Below are positions 1 to 8,837 of a DNA stretch of 64,000 bases, in pieces (positions within the stretch are counted from its first letter, which is position 1; every line of letters starts with the position of its first letter). A model generated the notes under the pieces. The model saw only the letters and a program-made list of their open reading frames with translations, did not search any database and was not told where the DNA came from. Position numbers and translations under genes: made by a program. Source of the stretch: Nanobdellota archaeon (GTDB lineage: Archaea > Nanobdellota > Nanobdellia > SCGC-AAA011-G17 > JACPNG01); NCBI GenBank assembly GCA_038046345.1, contig JBBSWJ010000005.1, positions 24,784 through 88,783 on the forward strand, written 5' to 3'.

Positions 1-387
1 ACTAAATGGGGGCACAAACCTTAAAGTCTGTTCCTGTTCATCAAAATAACATTCAGCAGTATTACCCTCAAGATTAGGAATGTATGTACATGGATCAAAC
101 GAATCAAGCCTAAGTCGTTTCTCTAATTCTTGATATACCTCCGATAACTCGTCATCACATTTATCTAGTTTATAGGTTGTACACGCTAGTCTTAGTTGAT
201 CATCAGCAAGGTAAAAACGTTTTTCTTCTGTAAGCTCCAACGCATTTATACATGCCATTCCTGATTGTAATTCAATAATGTAATTAAATCGCTCTGCACA
301 TGTAGGTTTTATCTTATCAGCCTCTGGTTTTTGCAAAAATAACAATAAAGCTAAACCAATAGATCCAGCAAAATTAATGATACCCAC
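1..387 (-). CDS. hypothetical membrane-anchored Cys-rich protein; the 3' part runs off the window
   Basis: The minus-strand frame is open from the window edge to 387 (129 codons, no stop). A GTG lies at 387-385 just after an upstream TAA. The N-terminus GIINFAGSIGLALLLFL looks like a signal or TM segment. It is absent from the ORF track because it has no stop inside the window. Confidence 0.3.
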   Translation of the reverse strand, partial: MGIINFAGSIGLALLLFLQKPEADKIKPTCAERFNYIIELQSGMACINALELTEEKRFYLADDQLRLACTTYKLDKCDDELSEVYQELEKRLRLDSFDPCTYIPNLEGNTAECYFDEQEQTLRFVPPFS

Positions 388-408
388 TGCATCTTAAGTG
401 TGCATAAT

Positions 409-416
409 CTATATAA
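409..416 (+). promoter_or_regulatory. TATA-like box (CTATATAA) upstream of bcp
   Basis: An A/T box lies 23 nt upstream of ATG 440. The same spacing is seen at several other genes in the window. Confidence 0.35.
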
Positions 417-439
417 GCTTATTGATAACTCTCTTATTT

Positions 440-907
440 ATGACTTTATCTGAAGGGGTTAGAGCTCCTAACTTTTTATTAAAAAACCAACATGGAGAGG
501 ATGTATCTAAAGATCATTTTAAGGGTAAGTGGGTTGTGCTTTATTTTTATCCAAAAGACAATACTCCTGGATGTTCAATGGAAGCAAATAATTTTACATC
601 TAAACTTAATAAGTTTAAGAAACTAAATGCAGTAATACTAGGCGTAAGTCCAGACTCATGTAAAAGCCATCTAAAATTCATAAAAGATGAGAAGCTAAAA
701 ATAATTTTATTAAGCGATGAAGATAAGTCTACATTGTCTGCATACGGTGTTTGGCAGGAAAAAAGTATGTATGGAAGAAAATATATGGGCGTAGTTAGAA
801 CAACCTTTTTAATAAATCCAGCAGGGATGATCAATAAGATATGGACAGATGTAAAAGTAAATGGTCATGTAGAAGCAGTATTAAAGTATATCAAGGACGC
901 AAACTAA
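440..907 (+). CDS. bcp: peroxiredoxin, Bcp / AhpC-TSA family
   Basis: The motif FYPKDNTPGCSMEA contains the peroxidatic Cys, in a thioredoxin-fold context. I moved the start from the track's GTG 398 to ATG 440 because of the upstream TATA box. Confidence 0.85.
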   Translation: MTLSEGVRAPNFLLKNQHGEDVSKDHFKGKWVVLYFYPKDNTPGCSMEANNFTSKLNKFKKLNAVILGVSPDSCKSHLKFIKDEKLKIILLSDEDKSTLSAYGVWQEKSMYGRKYMGVVRTTFLINPAGMINKIWTDVKVNGHVEAVLKYIKDAN

Positions 908-1877
908 GCTTTAGTGGAATAATCATAGTAGTTTCATTTCTTTTAATAGTAATGTTTATATCTGTTCCTGGGCTGATCCAAGCAACATGGTTTCTTAGTT
1001 CATTACTAGAAGTAATAGTCTTATTGTCTATAGCAATGATTAAATCACCCTGTTTAATTCCAGCGCCTAAAGCTGGGCCGGTATCATCAAATCCTGTAAC
1101 CAGTGATCCTTCAATAAAAACACCATTGCCTTTATCATCAAACTTGATAAGATCCTCGACAATAACACCAATGTAGCCACGATCAACTTTCCCATCATTT
1201 GTGAGAGTTAAAAAAATTTTTTTTACCAAATTACTAGGTATTGCAAAGCCCAACTCGCCAGCATTTTCTTCGGAAATAATAAAAGTATTAATCCCAATAA
1301 CTTTGCTATTCAGGTCTAACAAAGGCCCACCAGAATTACCGGGGTTAATTGAAGCATCAGTTTGGATAAAGTCTCTATAAACTGTTGGCCCGCGATCACG
1401 ATGTACTGCGCTGATAATCCCGGATGTAACAGTAAAGTCTAAACCAAATGGGTTTCCTATAGCTACAACTTCTGATCCAACTTTAGCGTTATCAGAATCT
1501 GCCAGTTCTAAGAAATCTAAGTTGTCAACGTTTATCTTTAAAACAGCAATGTCAGTGCTTTTATCAACTCCAACATTCTCGGCTACATAGATATTTTTGT
1601 TATGTAATCTAACAGTAATATTATCTGTGTCGTCAACAACATGATAGTTAGTTATTATATAACCGTCACTAGCAACAATAACTCCTGATCCAGTTTTTTC
1701 ATCAGCGCGTATAAACACAACAGAAGAAGTAGCTTTTTCAGCAACGTCTTCAATATTATTTATTGTTAAAACTTCTCCATAGTTATTCTGATAAAATAAA
1801 AATATAGATGCTAACTGAATGATTATTAGTATAATAATCACAGTCCAAAGAATCTTTATCTGGTCTCGCCTAAGCAT
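891..1877 (-). CDS. HtrA/DegP-type trypsin-like serine protease with N-terminal TM anchor and C-terminal PDZ-like region
   Basis: Contains the GNSGGPLLD catalytic Ser motif, TNYHVV (His) and DIAVLK (Asp). It has a hydrophobic N-terminus and a PDZ-like tail (GIKQGDLIIAIDNK). Confidence 0.85.
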   Translation of the reverse strand: MLRRDQIKILWTVIIILIIIQLASIFLFYQNNYGEVLTINNIEDVAEKATSSVVFIRADEKTGSGVIVASDGYIITNYHVVDDTDNITVRLHNKNIYVAENVGVDKSTDIAVLKINVDNLDFLELADSDNAKVGSEVVAIGNPFGLDFTVTSGIISAVHRDRGPTVYRDFIQTDASINPGNSGGPLLDLNSKVIGINTFIISEENAGELGFAIPSNLVKKIFLTLTNDGKVDRGYIGVIVEDLIKFDDKGNGVFIEGSLVTGFDDTGPALGAGIKQGDLIIAIDNKTITSSNELRNHVAWISPGTDINITIKRNETTMIIPLKLSLRP

Positions 1878-1909
1878 AGCTGAACCACGTAATATTGCTT
1901 ATATAAAGC

Positions 1910-2689
1910 TTATCTTACCCCAAATAATCTTAAGATCTTACTAAAATAATCTGGTTTAATAGGCGCACGTTCATCTATGTATGGTGCACCGCATAATTCA
2001 GAAGCAAGTTTTTTATATGAGACCGACGCATCAGATGTAGGGTGGGTATAAATAACATTATCTCGTAGGGCAAGACTCTCTTTAATCTCTATTGACTCAG
2101 GTATAATTGCTATAACCTTATGTTCTAACAAAGCTTCAATGTTCTCAATTGGGATTTCATCATTAGAATTACGATATCTTGTAACAACCACACCAAGAAT
2201 TTTTTTACCCATGTCTTCAGCAACACGAATAGTTTTTAATGCATCAGCTATTGCAGGCATTTCAGGATTTGTAGTAATAATAATCTCATCACTTGCATCT
2301 ATGGCTAATAATGCTTCTTTACCAAGCCCTGCAGCGCAGTCAATAATAACAAAATCAGTAAGCCCCTTTAAGCCACGTATTACCTGCTTAAGCCTGTCAG
2401 GTTTTGTATTCTTCATGTCATCAAGAGATATACTTGCGGGAACTATTTTAGTACCAGTAGGATGTATATAGACGGCTTCAGAGATATGATTCTTACCTTG
2501 TAATACATGGTTTAAATTGATTGGAACAACCGGGCTGCCGAGATAAATCCCTACATTGGGGGTAGTAAGGTTTGCATCCACAACAGTTACATCTTTACCA
2601 AAAAAGTTCAAAGCACAACCAAGAGACACAGCAGTAGTAGTCTTTGCCACACCGCCTTTACCACCAGTAATAAGGATATAACGAGTCAT
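1910..2689 (-). CDS. MinD/ParA-family P-loop ATPase
   Basis: Carries the deviant Walker A GGKGGVAKTTT and a DCAAG Walker B-like segment. Confidence 0.8.
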   Translation of the reverse strand: MTRYILITGGKGGVAKTTTAVSLGCALNFFGKDVTVVDANLTTPNVGIYLGSPVVPINLNHVLQGKNHISEAVYIHPTGTKIVPASISLDDMKNTKPDRLKQVIRGLKGLTDFVIIDCAAGLGKEALLAIDASDEIIITTNPEMPAIADALKTIRVAEDMGKKILGVVVTRYRNSNDEIPIENIEALLEHKVIAIIPESIEIKESLALRDNVIYTHPTSDASVSYKKLASELCGAPYIDERAPIKPDYFSKILRLFGVR

Positions 2690-2723
2690 AACTATGAATT
2701 GCCCACCAAACTTTTAAATGTTT

Positions 2724-3200
2724 CTATGTATCTTCTTCCTTCCAGGCCATACCACCGTTCTTATCAATCCATTCACGAGAAAATTGGTAGAACTCTTTTG
2801 TTGAAACAAAATAAGACATCAGTTTCTCTTGATTGACTTCTACTTTTTCTGCGATTAGGGTAACATTTTTACGGTATTCTTCGCGGCCTTTGATTTTATT
2901 TTTCACAATCTTCCTCATTAATAAGTACAATTTAACCCACTCCTTGATTTTTTTATTGTTTTTAAATAATTTTTTTTCAATGATCTCAATTCTCTCAACA
3001 TGGCTTTGCGGGATTATATTTATCATTTTTTTTCTTTTAGCTATTTCTAAAATATCCAAAAAGATATAATCCATTGCTTCAATAAGACGTGATAGGGTAT
3101 TATTAATAACATCAATTGTACGAGTGTACTTTAATGTAACATAAATCAGATGGTCCACACGTTGTAATTGTCCTTTTGCTGTGTCACTGTCTTCTAACAT
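2724..3200 (-). CDS. hypothetical helical protein, paralog of 3184..3663
   Basis: Shares the N-terminal pattern LQ.xDHLxYVT and overall layout with the upstream neighbour. The two genes overlap by 17 nt. Confidence 0.6.
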   Translation of the reverse strand: MLEDSDTAKGQLQRVDHLIYVTLKYTRTIDVINNTLSRLIEAMDYIFLDILEIAKRKKMINIIPQSHVERIEIIEKKLFKNNKKIKEWVKLYLLMRKIVKNKIKGREEYRKNVTLIAEKVEVNQEKLMSYFVSTKEFYQFSREWIDKNGGMAWKEEDT

Positions 3201-3663
3201 CGATGAATACCTTGTTAACCTTGCTCATGAATATTTTAGCTTGGTTGATATACTTTTTAATTGTTTCGATGGATAGGGCATTTGCCTTGAATGAAACATT
3301 AAACATAATAAACTTATCATCGCGGGATAATTCGAATGGGCTATTCTTATGTTCTGCTAATACACATCGAAGTTCTTCAATCAGATTAATTTGTGAAACA
3401 TCAAACTTATAACGTGGGCCGGACTTAAGTCTAAACAGCTCAATACGTGTGTGTATATCCTTAGAATAAATCGGAATACGTTTGTACATGCGATCGTATC
3501 GTAAAATAGCGTCCATACCAGCTACTAAAGAGTCATAGATATTCTCCATTATGCCTATTAACAATTTATTTTCCTTAACCAAGTTGTAAGTAACATATGT
3601 TAAATGATCGGCAGTTTGGAGCTTTCTATTAGCTAATTCAAGGAGTGCTTTGATTTCTTCCAT
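3184..3663 (-). CDS. hypothetical helical protein, paralog of 2724..3200
   Basis: LQTADHLTYVTYNL here matches LQRVDHLIYVTLKY in the neighbour. The two form a tandem pair. Confidence 0.6.
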   Translation of the reverse strand: MEEIKALLELANRKLQTADHLTYVTYNLVKENKLLIGIMENIYDSLVAGMDAILRYDRMYKRIPIYSKDIHTRIELFRLKSGPRYKFDVSQINLIEELRCVLAEHKNSPFELSRDDKFIMFNVSFKANALSIETIKKYINQAKIFMSKVNKVFIDVRRQ

Positions 3664-3703
3664 TTGTTTATTAAATAATAAAGCTTAATAAGTATTATTG
3701 TAA

Positions 3704-4036
3704 TCAATTATTTTTTTGTAAGTATAGGATTGCTCCAGCAATATCCCCTTCTTTTTCTAAAGCTTCTTTGGCTTCTTCTTCAGAACAGTTAGTTTGATCC
3801 ATAATTGTATTTATATCTTCTTGTGAGAACAGCTCCCTATCATGAACTTCAATGTCTCCTATTATCTGGAATGTATCTTGCCCCATCATATTAACTTTTG
3901 TAACTTGCGGGTTTAAGATAACTATTTCTTTGTCAGAAGTTTTAATGATTACTTCTTTTGCATCAATTTCTTCTTGTTTAATGCCTAGCTTCTTCATTGC
4001 TTTTTGCATTTCTTTAGGATTTATTCCAGGAAACAT
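3704..4036 (-). CDS. nac: nascent polypeptide-associated complex protein (archaeal NAC)
   Basis: Has the NAC-domain beginning MFPGINPKEMQKAMKKLGIK and a C-terminal UBA-like EEEAKEALEKEGDIAGAILYL. Confidence 0.85.
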   Translation of the reverse strand: MFPGINPKEMQKAMKKLGIKQEEIDAKEVIIKTSDKEIVILNPQVTKVNMMGQDTFQIIGDIEVHDRELFSQEDINTIMDQTNCSEEEAKEALEKEGDIAGAILYLQKNN

Positions 4037-4057
4037 GCAAGTTAGAAAAATATCAAA

Positions 4058-4065
4058 TATATAAA
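4058..4065 (-). promoter_or_regulatory. TATA box (TTTATATA on the minus strand) of nac
   Basis: A consensus-like archaeal TATA box lies 21 nt upstream of ATG 4036. This spacing implies a leaderless or near-leaderless mRNA. Confidence 0.5.
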
Positions 4066-4179
4066 ATTTCGCATTTTATGATAAATTCCGGTATAAGCGT
4101 AGTTTTATTACGCTTAATACATGTTAATTGCAATTTGAGAGCCCAAGCAAAACGGGGTACCAGCAGTGCAATATCCACT

Positions 4180-5049
4180 TTATATTTGAAGGTTAAAAGG
4201 ATGTTCAATTTCCTTTATTCCAATGCAATAATCAGAGAGACCACAATACAAATTAGAATGTTCATCTATGCCCCCTGGAAAAATGATGTCGTCTAATTCA
4301 GGACTTCTTTTTGAAGGCGAATATGGGAAATCGGCTCTTCTTGCCAGAATTCTTAAATCTGAATAAACACTAGTTTTCGGATTAAATCTAAAAGAGACAG
4401 CATAATAATGCTTTTTCAAATCCACTTCAGTTGTTGTTTTATGAGCCTTATGTCCAATCACTCCAATTTCTTCATCTGATAGTTTTATCGCTTGATTTAC
4501 ACCTCCCCAAGAACCATCCTCAAACAAACCATTGATTATATTGACATTATACCAATCATTTTCTGTGAATCTTTGTAGCTCATCAATTCTACTAATTTCT
4601 AAGTATCCAATTTTACATAATCCGCTAATTTTTTCTTGCGGCCTTGTAAAAACTCCAATTCTATCTTCCAAATCAACTAAACGAATATCTTTCATCCCTA
4701 CAGGGCCAGATGCAAAAAATTCCAAATTCCTAATTGAGTCTCCCCTATAAATATCTTGATTCCATATAATACCGTTTTCACATTTCTCGACTCTTACACC
4801 CAAAATAAATATTTCACCTTTCACTTTAACATATGCAGGATCCTGTAATTGAAGTGGGGTTACTGTATCATCAATCTCCCATTCATTCTCATTTAATTTA
4901 TATGCAAAAAATATTCTGGAATCTAATTCGCTATCAAGAGATTCAATTCTAATCCCTATATAGGTTTTTCCACTATCACAAAAAGGAACTGTGGGATTAT
5001 AAGCAGTTTTTCCTTTTATGTTTCTGATTGGTACAATTTTGGATTTCAT
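4180..5049 (-). CDS. hypothetical protein, possibly a beta-propeller (DUF1861-like); function unknown
   Basis: Long ORF with coding-like composition. The family assignment is from memory only and is weak. Confidence 0.55.
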   Translation of the reverse strand: MKSKIVPIRNIKGKTAYNPTVPFCDSGKTYIGIRIESLDSELDSRIFFAYKLNENEWEIDDTVTPLQLQDPAYVKVKGEIFILGVRVEKCENGIIWNQDIYRGDSIRNLEFFASGPVGMKDIRLVDLEDRIGVFTRPQEKISGLCKIGYLEISRIDELQRFTENDWYNVNIINGLFEDGSWGGVNQAIKLSDEEIGVIGHKAHKTTTEVDLKKHYYAVSFRFNPKTSVYSDLRILARRADFPYSPSKRSPELDDIIFPGGIDEHSNLYCGLSDYCIGIKEIEHPFNLQI

Positions 5050-5176
5050 TCTTACCTTATATTCAGAGATTAGAGGATATTTATAATGTTTTATTTTATA
5101 ATTACTAACAAATTAATAATTGAAAAATGAGCTGGCCCCCCTAAAATATAGCCTGCTTCGCAGATTATTGATAATC

Positions 5177-5184
5177 TTTATATA
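5177..5184 (+). promoter_or_regulatory. TATA box (TTTATATA) of the HAD gene
   Basis: Lies 22 nt upstream of ATG 5207. Confidence 0.45.
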
Positions 5185-5206
5185 ATGTATTTTCTTTTCA
5201 ATAGGT

Positions 5207-5842
5207 ATGACTTACAAATTAGTTTGTTTTGATATGGATGGAGTGATATTCAAAGATGTTAATTTCTGGATGGAACTCCATAAGAAATTCGGAACATTAG
5301 CACAGGGTATAGAATTAACAAAAAAATATCTCCATACGGATTATGATAGATTAGTAGAAGAGGTTGTTGTAAAGTTATGGAAAGGAAAAAATGCAAAACT
5401 CTATTATGATTTAGTTAATTCTATTGAATATCTGCCTGGCGTTCAAGAAACTTTTGCCCATCTCAAAACTAGAGGTTACATGACTGCCATAATTAGTGCT
5501 TCAAGTATTGATGTTGCCAGAAGAGTACAAAAAGACTGGGGGGTAGATCATATTTTTGCTAATGAATTAGTTATAAGAAATGGAAAAGTTACAGGGGAAT
5601 TTATCTGGCCAATAGGTGCTGGAAAAGAAAAGAAAGCACAAATAATACAAGGTTTATGTTTTAGTTTGGGTATCTCACCGAAAGAAGTAATTTATGTTGG
5701 CGATGGTGATACTGATATTGAAGCGTTTAAAGAAGTTGGAATTTCTATTGCGTTTAATTCATCTTCAGAAGAACTTAAAAAAGTCGCCAAATATTCAGTG
5801 AATACACATAATCTTGCAGATGTGATTAAGTACATCCATTAA
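5207..5842 (+). CDS. HAD-superfamily hydrolase (phosphoserine-phosphatase-like, subfamily IB)
   Basis: Shows the HAD motifs FDMDGV (motif I), ISASS (II) and GDGDTD (IV). Confidence 0.75.
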   Translation: MTYKLVCFDMDGVIFKDVNFWMELHKKFGTLAQGIELTKKYLHTDYDRLVEEVVVKLWKGKNAKLYYDLVNSIEYLPGVQETFAHLKTRGYMTAIISASSIDVARRVQKDWGVDHIFANELVIRNGKVTGEFIWPIGAGKEKKAQIIQGLCFSLGISPKEVIYVGDGDTDIEAFKEVGISIAFNSSSEELKKVAKYSVNTHNLADVIKYIH

Positions 5843-6143
5843 ATCAATTTTGCCCTTTATTCTATGTCTTGATGTAACGCTTCGCTCTCGCCTTAGGTTC
5901 GGAGAAATAAAAACTAAGGCTTAAGGATAGTAATGGTATATTTTAGATTAGGCTACAAAGCACATTCAATAATAATATTATCATCTGGATCATTTTTGAC
6001 TACATCAACTTTCTTTTTTGGTTTTACTAAAGTTACAAATTCCAGACGTTTACTTTACAGCTCACTAAAAATTATTTATCTGACGCTGGGTATAATTTAT
6101 TTTGGGCTCTTCTATAAACTACAAAGAGTAGAGAAACAACGAA

Positions 6144-6731
6144 ATGGCAACATTTATAAACTACAGTAAATATAGTTTTACTATGATAAATATATACAAA
6201 CAAGAGTTAACAGTATTACAACAAGAAATATTAAGGTTGTTATTTGTTAAAGCCGGGGTGTCTTTGAATCAAAGAAGAATAGCAAGAATGCTCAAAGTAA
6301 CGCCTCCGGCAGTTATGAAAGCTCTTCCAAAATTAGAAGAAAAAGCCTTAATAAATTTAAATCAAGATGAAGATTCTAAGAGATGGTCCATTGAGTTAAA
6401 CAGGGACAATCATAAAGTTATCCAACTAAAGCGGGTGGACAATCTAAGGCAAATATATAGTTCTGGATTAGCCGATTTTTTAGAAAAAGAATTCGCAGGA
6501 GCCACTATAATCCTTTTTGGTAGTTATTCAAGAGGTGAAGACACAATAACATCTGATATTGATATTGTAGTAATCGGGAGAAAAGAGAAACAAATGAAAT
6601 TAACTAATTTTGATAAAGCACTTGAAAGAACTATCTTCATCAACTTTTATTCTTCCTTTAAAGAAGTTCATAAGCATTTGAGAGAAAATATTTTTAATGG
6701 GATAATACTTGCAGGCGGAATTGAAATATGA
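6144..6731 (+). CDS. nucleotidyltransferase-domain protein with N-terminal wHTH (MNT-type antitoxin-like)
   Basis: Carries the minimal NTase motif GSYSRGEDTITSDIDIVV. The alternative start ATG 6183 also has a TATA-like box upstream. Confidence 0.75.
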   Translation: MATFINYSKYSFTMINIYKQELTVLQQEILRLLFVKAGVSLNQRRIARMLKVTPPAVMKALPKLEEKALINLNQDEDSKRWSIELNRDNHKVIQLKRVDNLRQIYSSGLADFLEKEFAGATIILFGSYSRGEDTITSDIDIVVIGRKEKQMKLTNFDKALERTIFINFYSSFKEVHKHLRENIFNGIILAGGIEI

Positions 6732-7174
6732 AAGATTTAAAACAATTTGAGGAATTTATAAGGACAGGTATTATCAAAAAACAATCACCAGATAAATCGA
6801 GGTCAAAGTTTTTGGTTATGGAAGCTGAGCAAGGTTATACTTACTTGCTTAAGTTAATAAAAACAATGGGTATTGAAAATCGGAATGCTAATGATTATGT
6901 GAAAAATTGCTATGATATTTTAATGGAGCTGACAAGAGCAAAGATGTTGCTTGAGGGATTAAACGCTTCTGGCTTTAAGGCACATGAATCAGAGATTGCT
7001 TACTGGTGGATTTTGCAGTTTAAAGAACAAGATATCCGATTCTTAGATAAAATTAGATTCTTTAGGAATGGGATGCTTTATTATGGAACAATCTTGGATA
7101 AGGAATACGCAGAGAAAGTGATAGAATTTACAAAAAATAATTATCAAAAATTGAAGGCCATCTTAAATAAATGA
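6728..7174 (+). CDS. HEPN-domain-like protein, partner of the upstream NTase
   Basis: Overlaps the NTase gene by 4 nt (ATGA). It is a roughly 150-aa helical protein with an FRNGMLYYG segment typical of HEPN partners. The call rests partly on context. Confidence 0.6.
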   Translation: MKDLKQFEEFIRTGIIKKQSPDKSRSKFLVMEAEQGYTYLLKLIKTMGIENRNANDYVKNCYDILMELTRAKMLLEGLNASGFKAHESEIAYWWILQFKEQDIRFLDKIRFFRNGMLYYGTILDKEYAEKVIEFTKNNYQKLKAILNK

Positions 7175-7422
7175 AATTCCAAAATGAATGGTATAACCAC
7201 TACTAACGACCACATGATGGAAAAAACCAATTCTAACGCTTGATTTATAACAGTTGGTTGTGATGAAAGAATAAAAAAAGAAGCAGTCAACAAAGCGCAT
7301 TTGATTCTTAGAAAAATTGCAAAAACTGAGGCTAAACTTACATTAACCAAAAATAAATATGGAACGGCTACAATTACCAATAAGCCTTTCAAAAAGCGCA
7401 GTAAGAAGGTATATACAAACAT
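7144..7422 (-). CDS. possible small 3-TM membrane protein (doubtful)
   Basis: Hydrophobic ORF. The track start at 7494 would overlap the Sec61-beta gene, so I trimmed it to the internal ATG. It could be an AT-rich artefact. Confidence 0.25.
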   Translation of the reverse strand: MFVYTFLLRFLKGLLVIVAVPYLFLVNVSLASVFAIFLRIKCALLTASFFILSSQPTVINQALELVFSIMWSLVVVIPFILEFHLFKMAFNF

Positions 7423-7453
7423 GTAATAAACGAAATACGTAATTAGACGTTGT

Positions 7454-7606
7454 TTAAATCCTAGCAAAGATAATCCCAAAAATAGAAACAACAAGAATCA
7501 AACCGACAACAAATTTTGGTGATATCTTAATCTTGCTTTTATACTCATCAAAATACCGGACAATTCCTCCACCGCTAGAAGGCATTTGTATTTTTTCATT
7601 TGACAT
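7454..7606 (-). CDS. preprotein translocase subunit Sec61-beta (archaeal SecG/Sec-beta), 50 aa
   Basis: Own translation: MSNEKIQMPSSGGGIVRYFDEYKSKIKISPKFVVGLILVVSIFGIIFARI. It has the G(L/I)xRYFDE motif followed by a single C-terminal TM, as in archaeal Sec-beta. The track missed it because it is under 60 aa. Confidence 0.75.
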   Translation of the reverse strand: MSNEKIQMPSSGGGIVRYFDEYKSKIKISPKFVVGLILVVSIFGIIFARI

Positions 7607-7643
7607 AAAAAAAGAAAGAAAAAAAGGTTTAAAAGAGTTTTGA

Positions 7644-8660
7644 TTAGTTCTTGCCTAAGATTGCATTAGCATAAGCCAGCAACTCGCTGTTAGCTGGGCT
7701 ACTACCTGATTGAGTTTGAGCACTACTGCCCCAGTAGGCACAGCTGCCATCAAAACCTTTTAGCTGAGATGTTACATTTGCTCTCAGATTATTATGGTGG
7801 TTTGTTATAAGCTCAACACGATCATTTAATAGTCTACCACCATTCGCAAGATAGATCGCAGTGATATCTGCTGGGCCTATAACCATTATGTTATCAAGCA
7901 TGGCTTTAGCATTATCAAGGCTTTCAGTATATGCAATTGCTGCTTTTACTTGAGCGTCATGTGCATGATGTAACATCTCAATGCTATCCCTAGTCTGCTC
8001 AGCTCTATTATGCAGAGATCTTGCGCATGCAGCTTTTTCATTAATGTCTATTTCTAACAAATGGCGAGCAACATCATATCTTATCTGCTCAGTTTCAGTA
8101 TATGGCCCTTTTATTTTACTGGCTATTTCATGCATCAAGAACTCTTGTTCTGATCGATGGTCCATTAACGTGTCGTAAGCGTTAGCAGCATCAATTGTTT
8201 CTCTACCGCGGTGTTTAAGCAGTACTTTCACATTATTTTGTGAGGTCCTATAAACTGTGCATAATCTAGTCAGGCAATCACTTATCCTGCCCAATGCGTC
8301 GGTCATAACATTAAAGAGTTTTCTCAATCCGGATGGTTCTTTTCCTGTGTTCAAATTTTGAGTTCCATTAAACGAGTCATATACCCCGAATATTCTGTCT
8401 GTTAACCTTATGTTATTCGTAGCATACTTTGAAGCTCCTTTAACATATTTAGCGAACGCTTTGTCAAAAGTGTAGGAATCACCAAGTATAGCTCTTAAAG
8501 TTCTTCCTTCATCAATCATAGCAGGTTTATCTAATTGTAATACCTCTTTAGAAAGTAACCCTGCTCTTTCTAGTCTTTCATCTAGGCTTAATATCTCTGC
8601 TTTCCCATTACCATTATCGGTTTCATTAATATCAATAACTGTTTCTTTTGCTGTGTTCAT
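7644..8660 (-). CDS. hypothetical helical protein, 338 aa, with higher GC than its neighbours
   Basis: Long ORF with no motif I can place. Confidence 0.6.
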   Translation of the reverse strand: MNTAKETVIDINETDNGNGKAEILSLDERLERAGLLSKEVLQLDKPAMIDEGRTLRAILGDSYTFDKAFAKYVKGASKYATNNIRLTDRIFGVYDSFNGTQNLNTGKEPSGLRKLFNVMTDALGRISDCLTRLCTVYRTSQNNVKVLLKHRGRETIDAANAYDTLMDHRSEQEFLMHEIASKIKGPYTETEQIRYDVARHLLEIDINEKAACARSLHNRAEQTRDSIEMLHHAHDAQVKAAIAYTESLDNAKAMLDNIMVIGPADITAIYLANGGRLLNDRVELITNHHNNLRANVTSQLKGFDGSCAYWGSSAQTQSGSSPANSELLAYANAILGKN

Positions 8661-8837
8661 ATAAATCCCCCCAGATAGTTTTTATAATCTGAAAGAATTT
8701 TGGCCAAATCTCTTTCAATAATTAAACATCCTAATTTCTGAATGTTATGAAAAAATAAAAAGAAAACCTTATTAAAAAAGGTTAATACTAAAAAACCGAA
8801 ATTATTACAGTATTCTATAAATATTTTTCAAACTAGA

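Noticed and set aside
5953-6048. Minus-strand fragment ...KVDVVKNDPDDNIIIECAL* resembling the DPDDN region of PIN-family toxins.
   Set aside because: There are only ~20 similar residues, no start, and no catalytic acidic residues are visible. It is too short to call and is mentioned only as context for the MNT-HEPN pair.
5933-6169. 78-aa hydrophobic plus-strand ORF upstream of the NTase gene.
   Set aside because: It is a low-complexity Phe/Leu/Ile/Tyr ORF that overlaps the NTase start. It has no promoter-like box at the right distance.
7644-8660. Possible TelA/YaaN-like toxic-anion-resistance protein.
   Set aside because: The similarity is only in being long and helical. I could not align any conserved block from memory.
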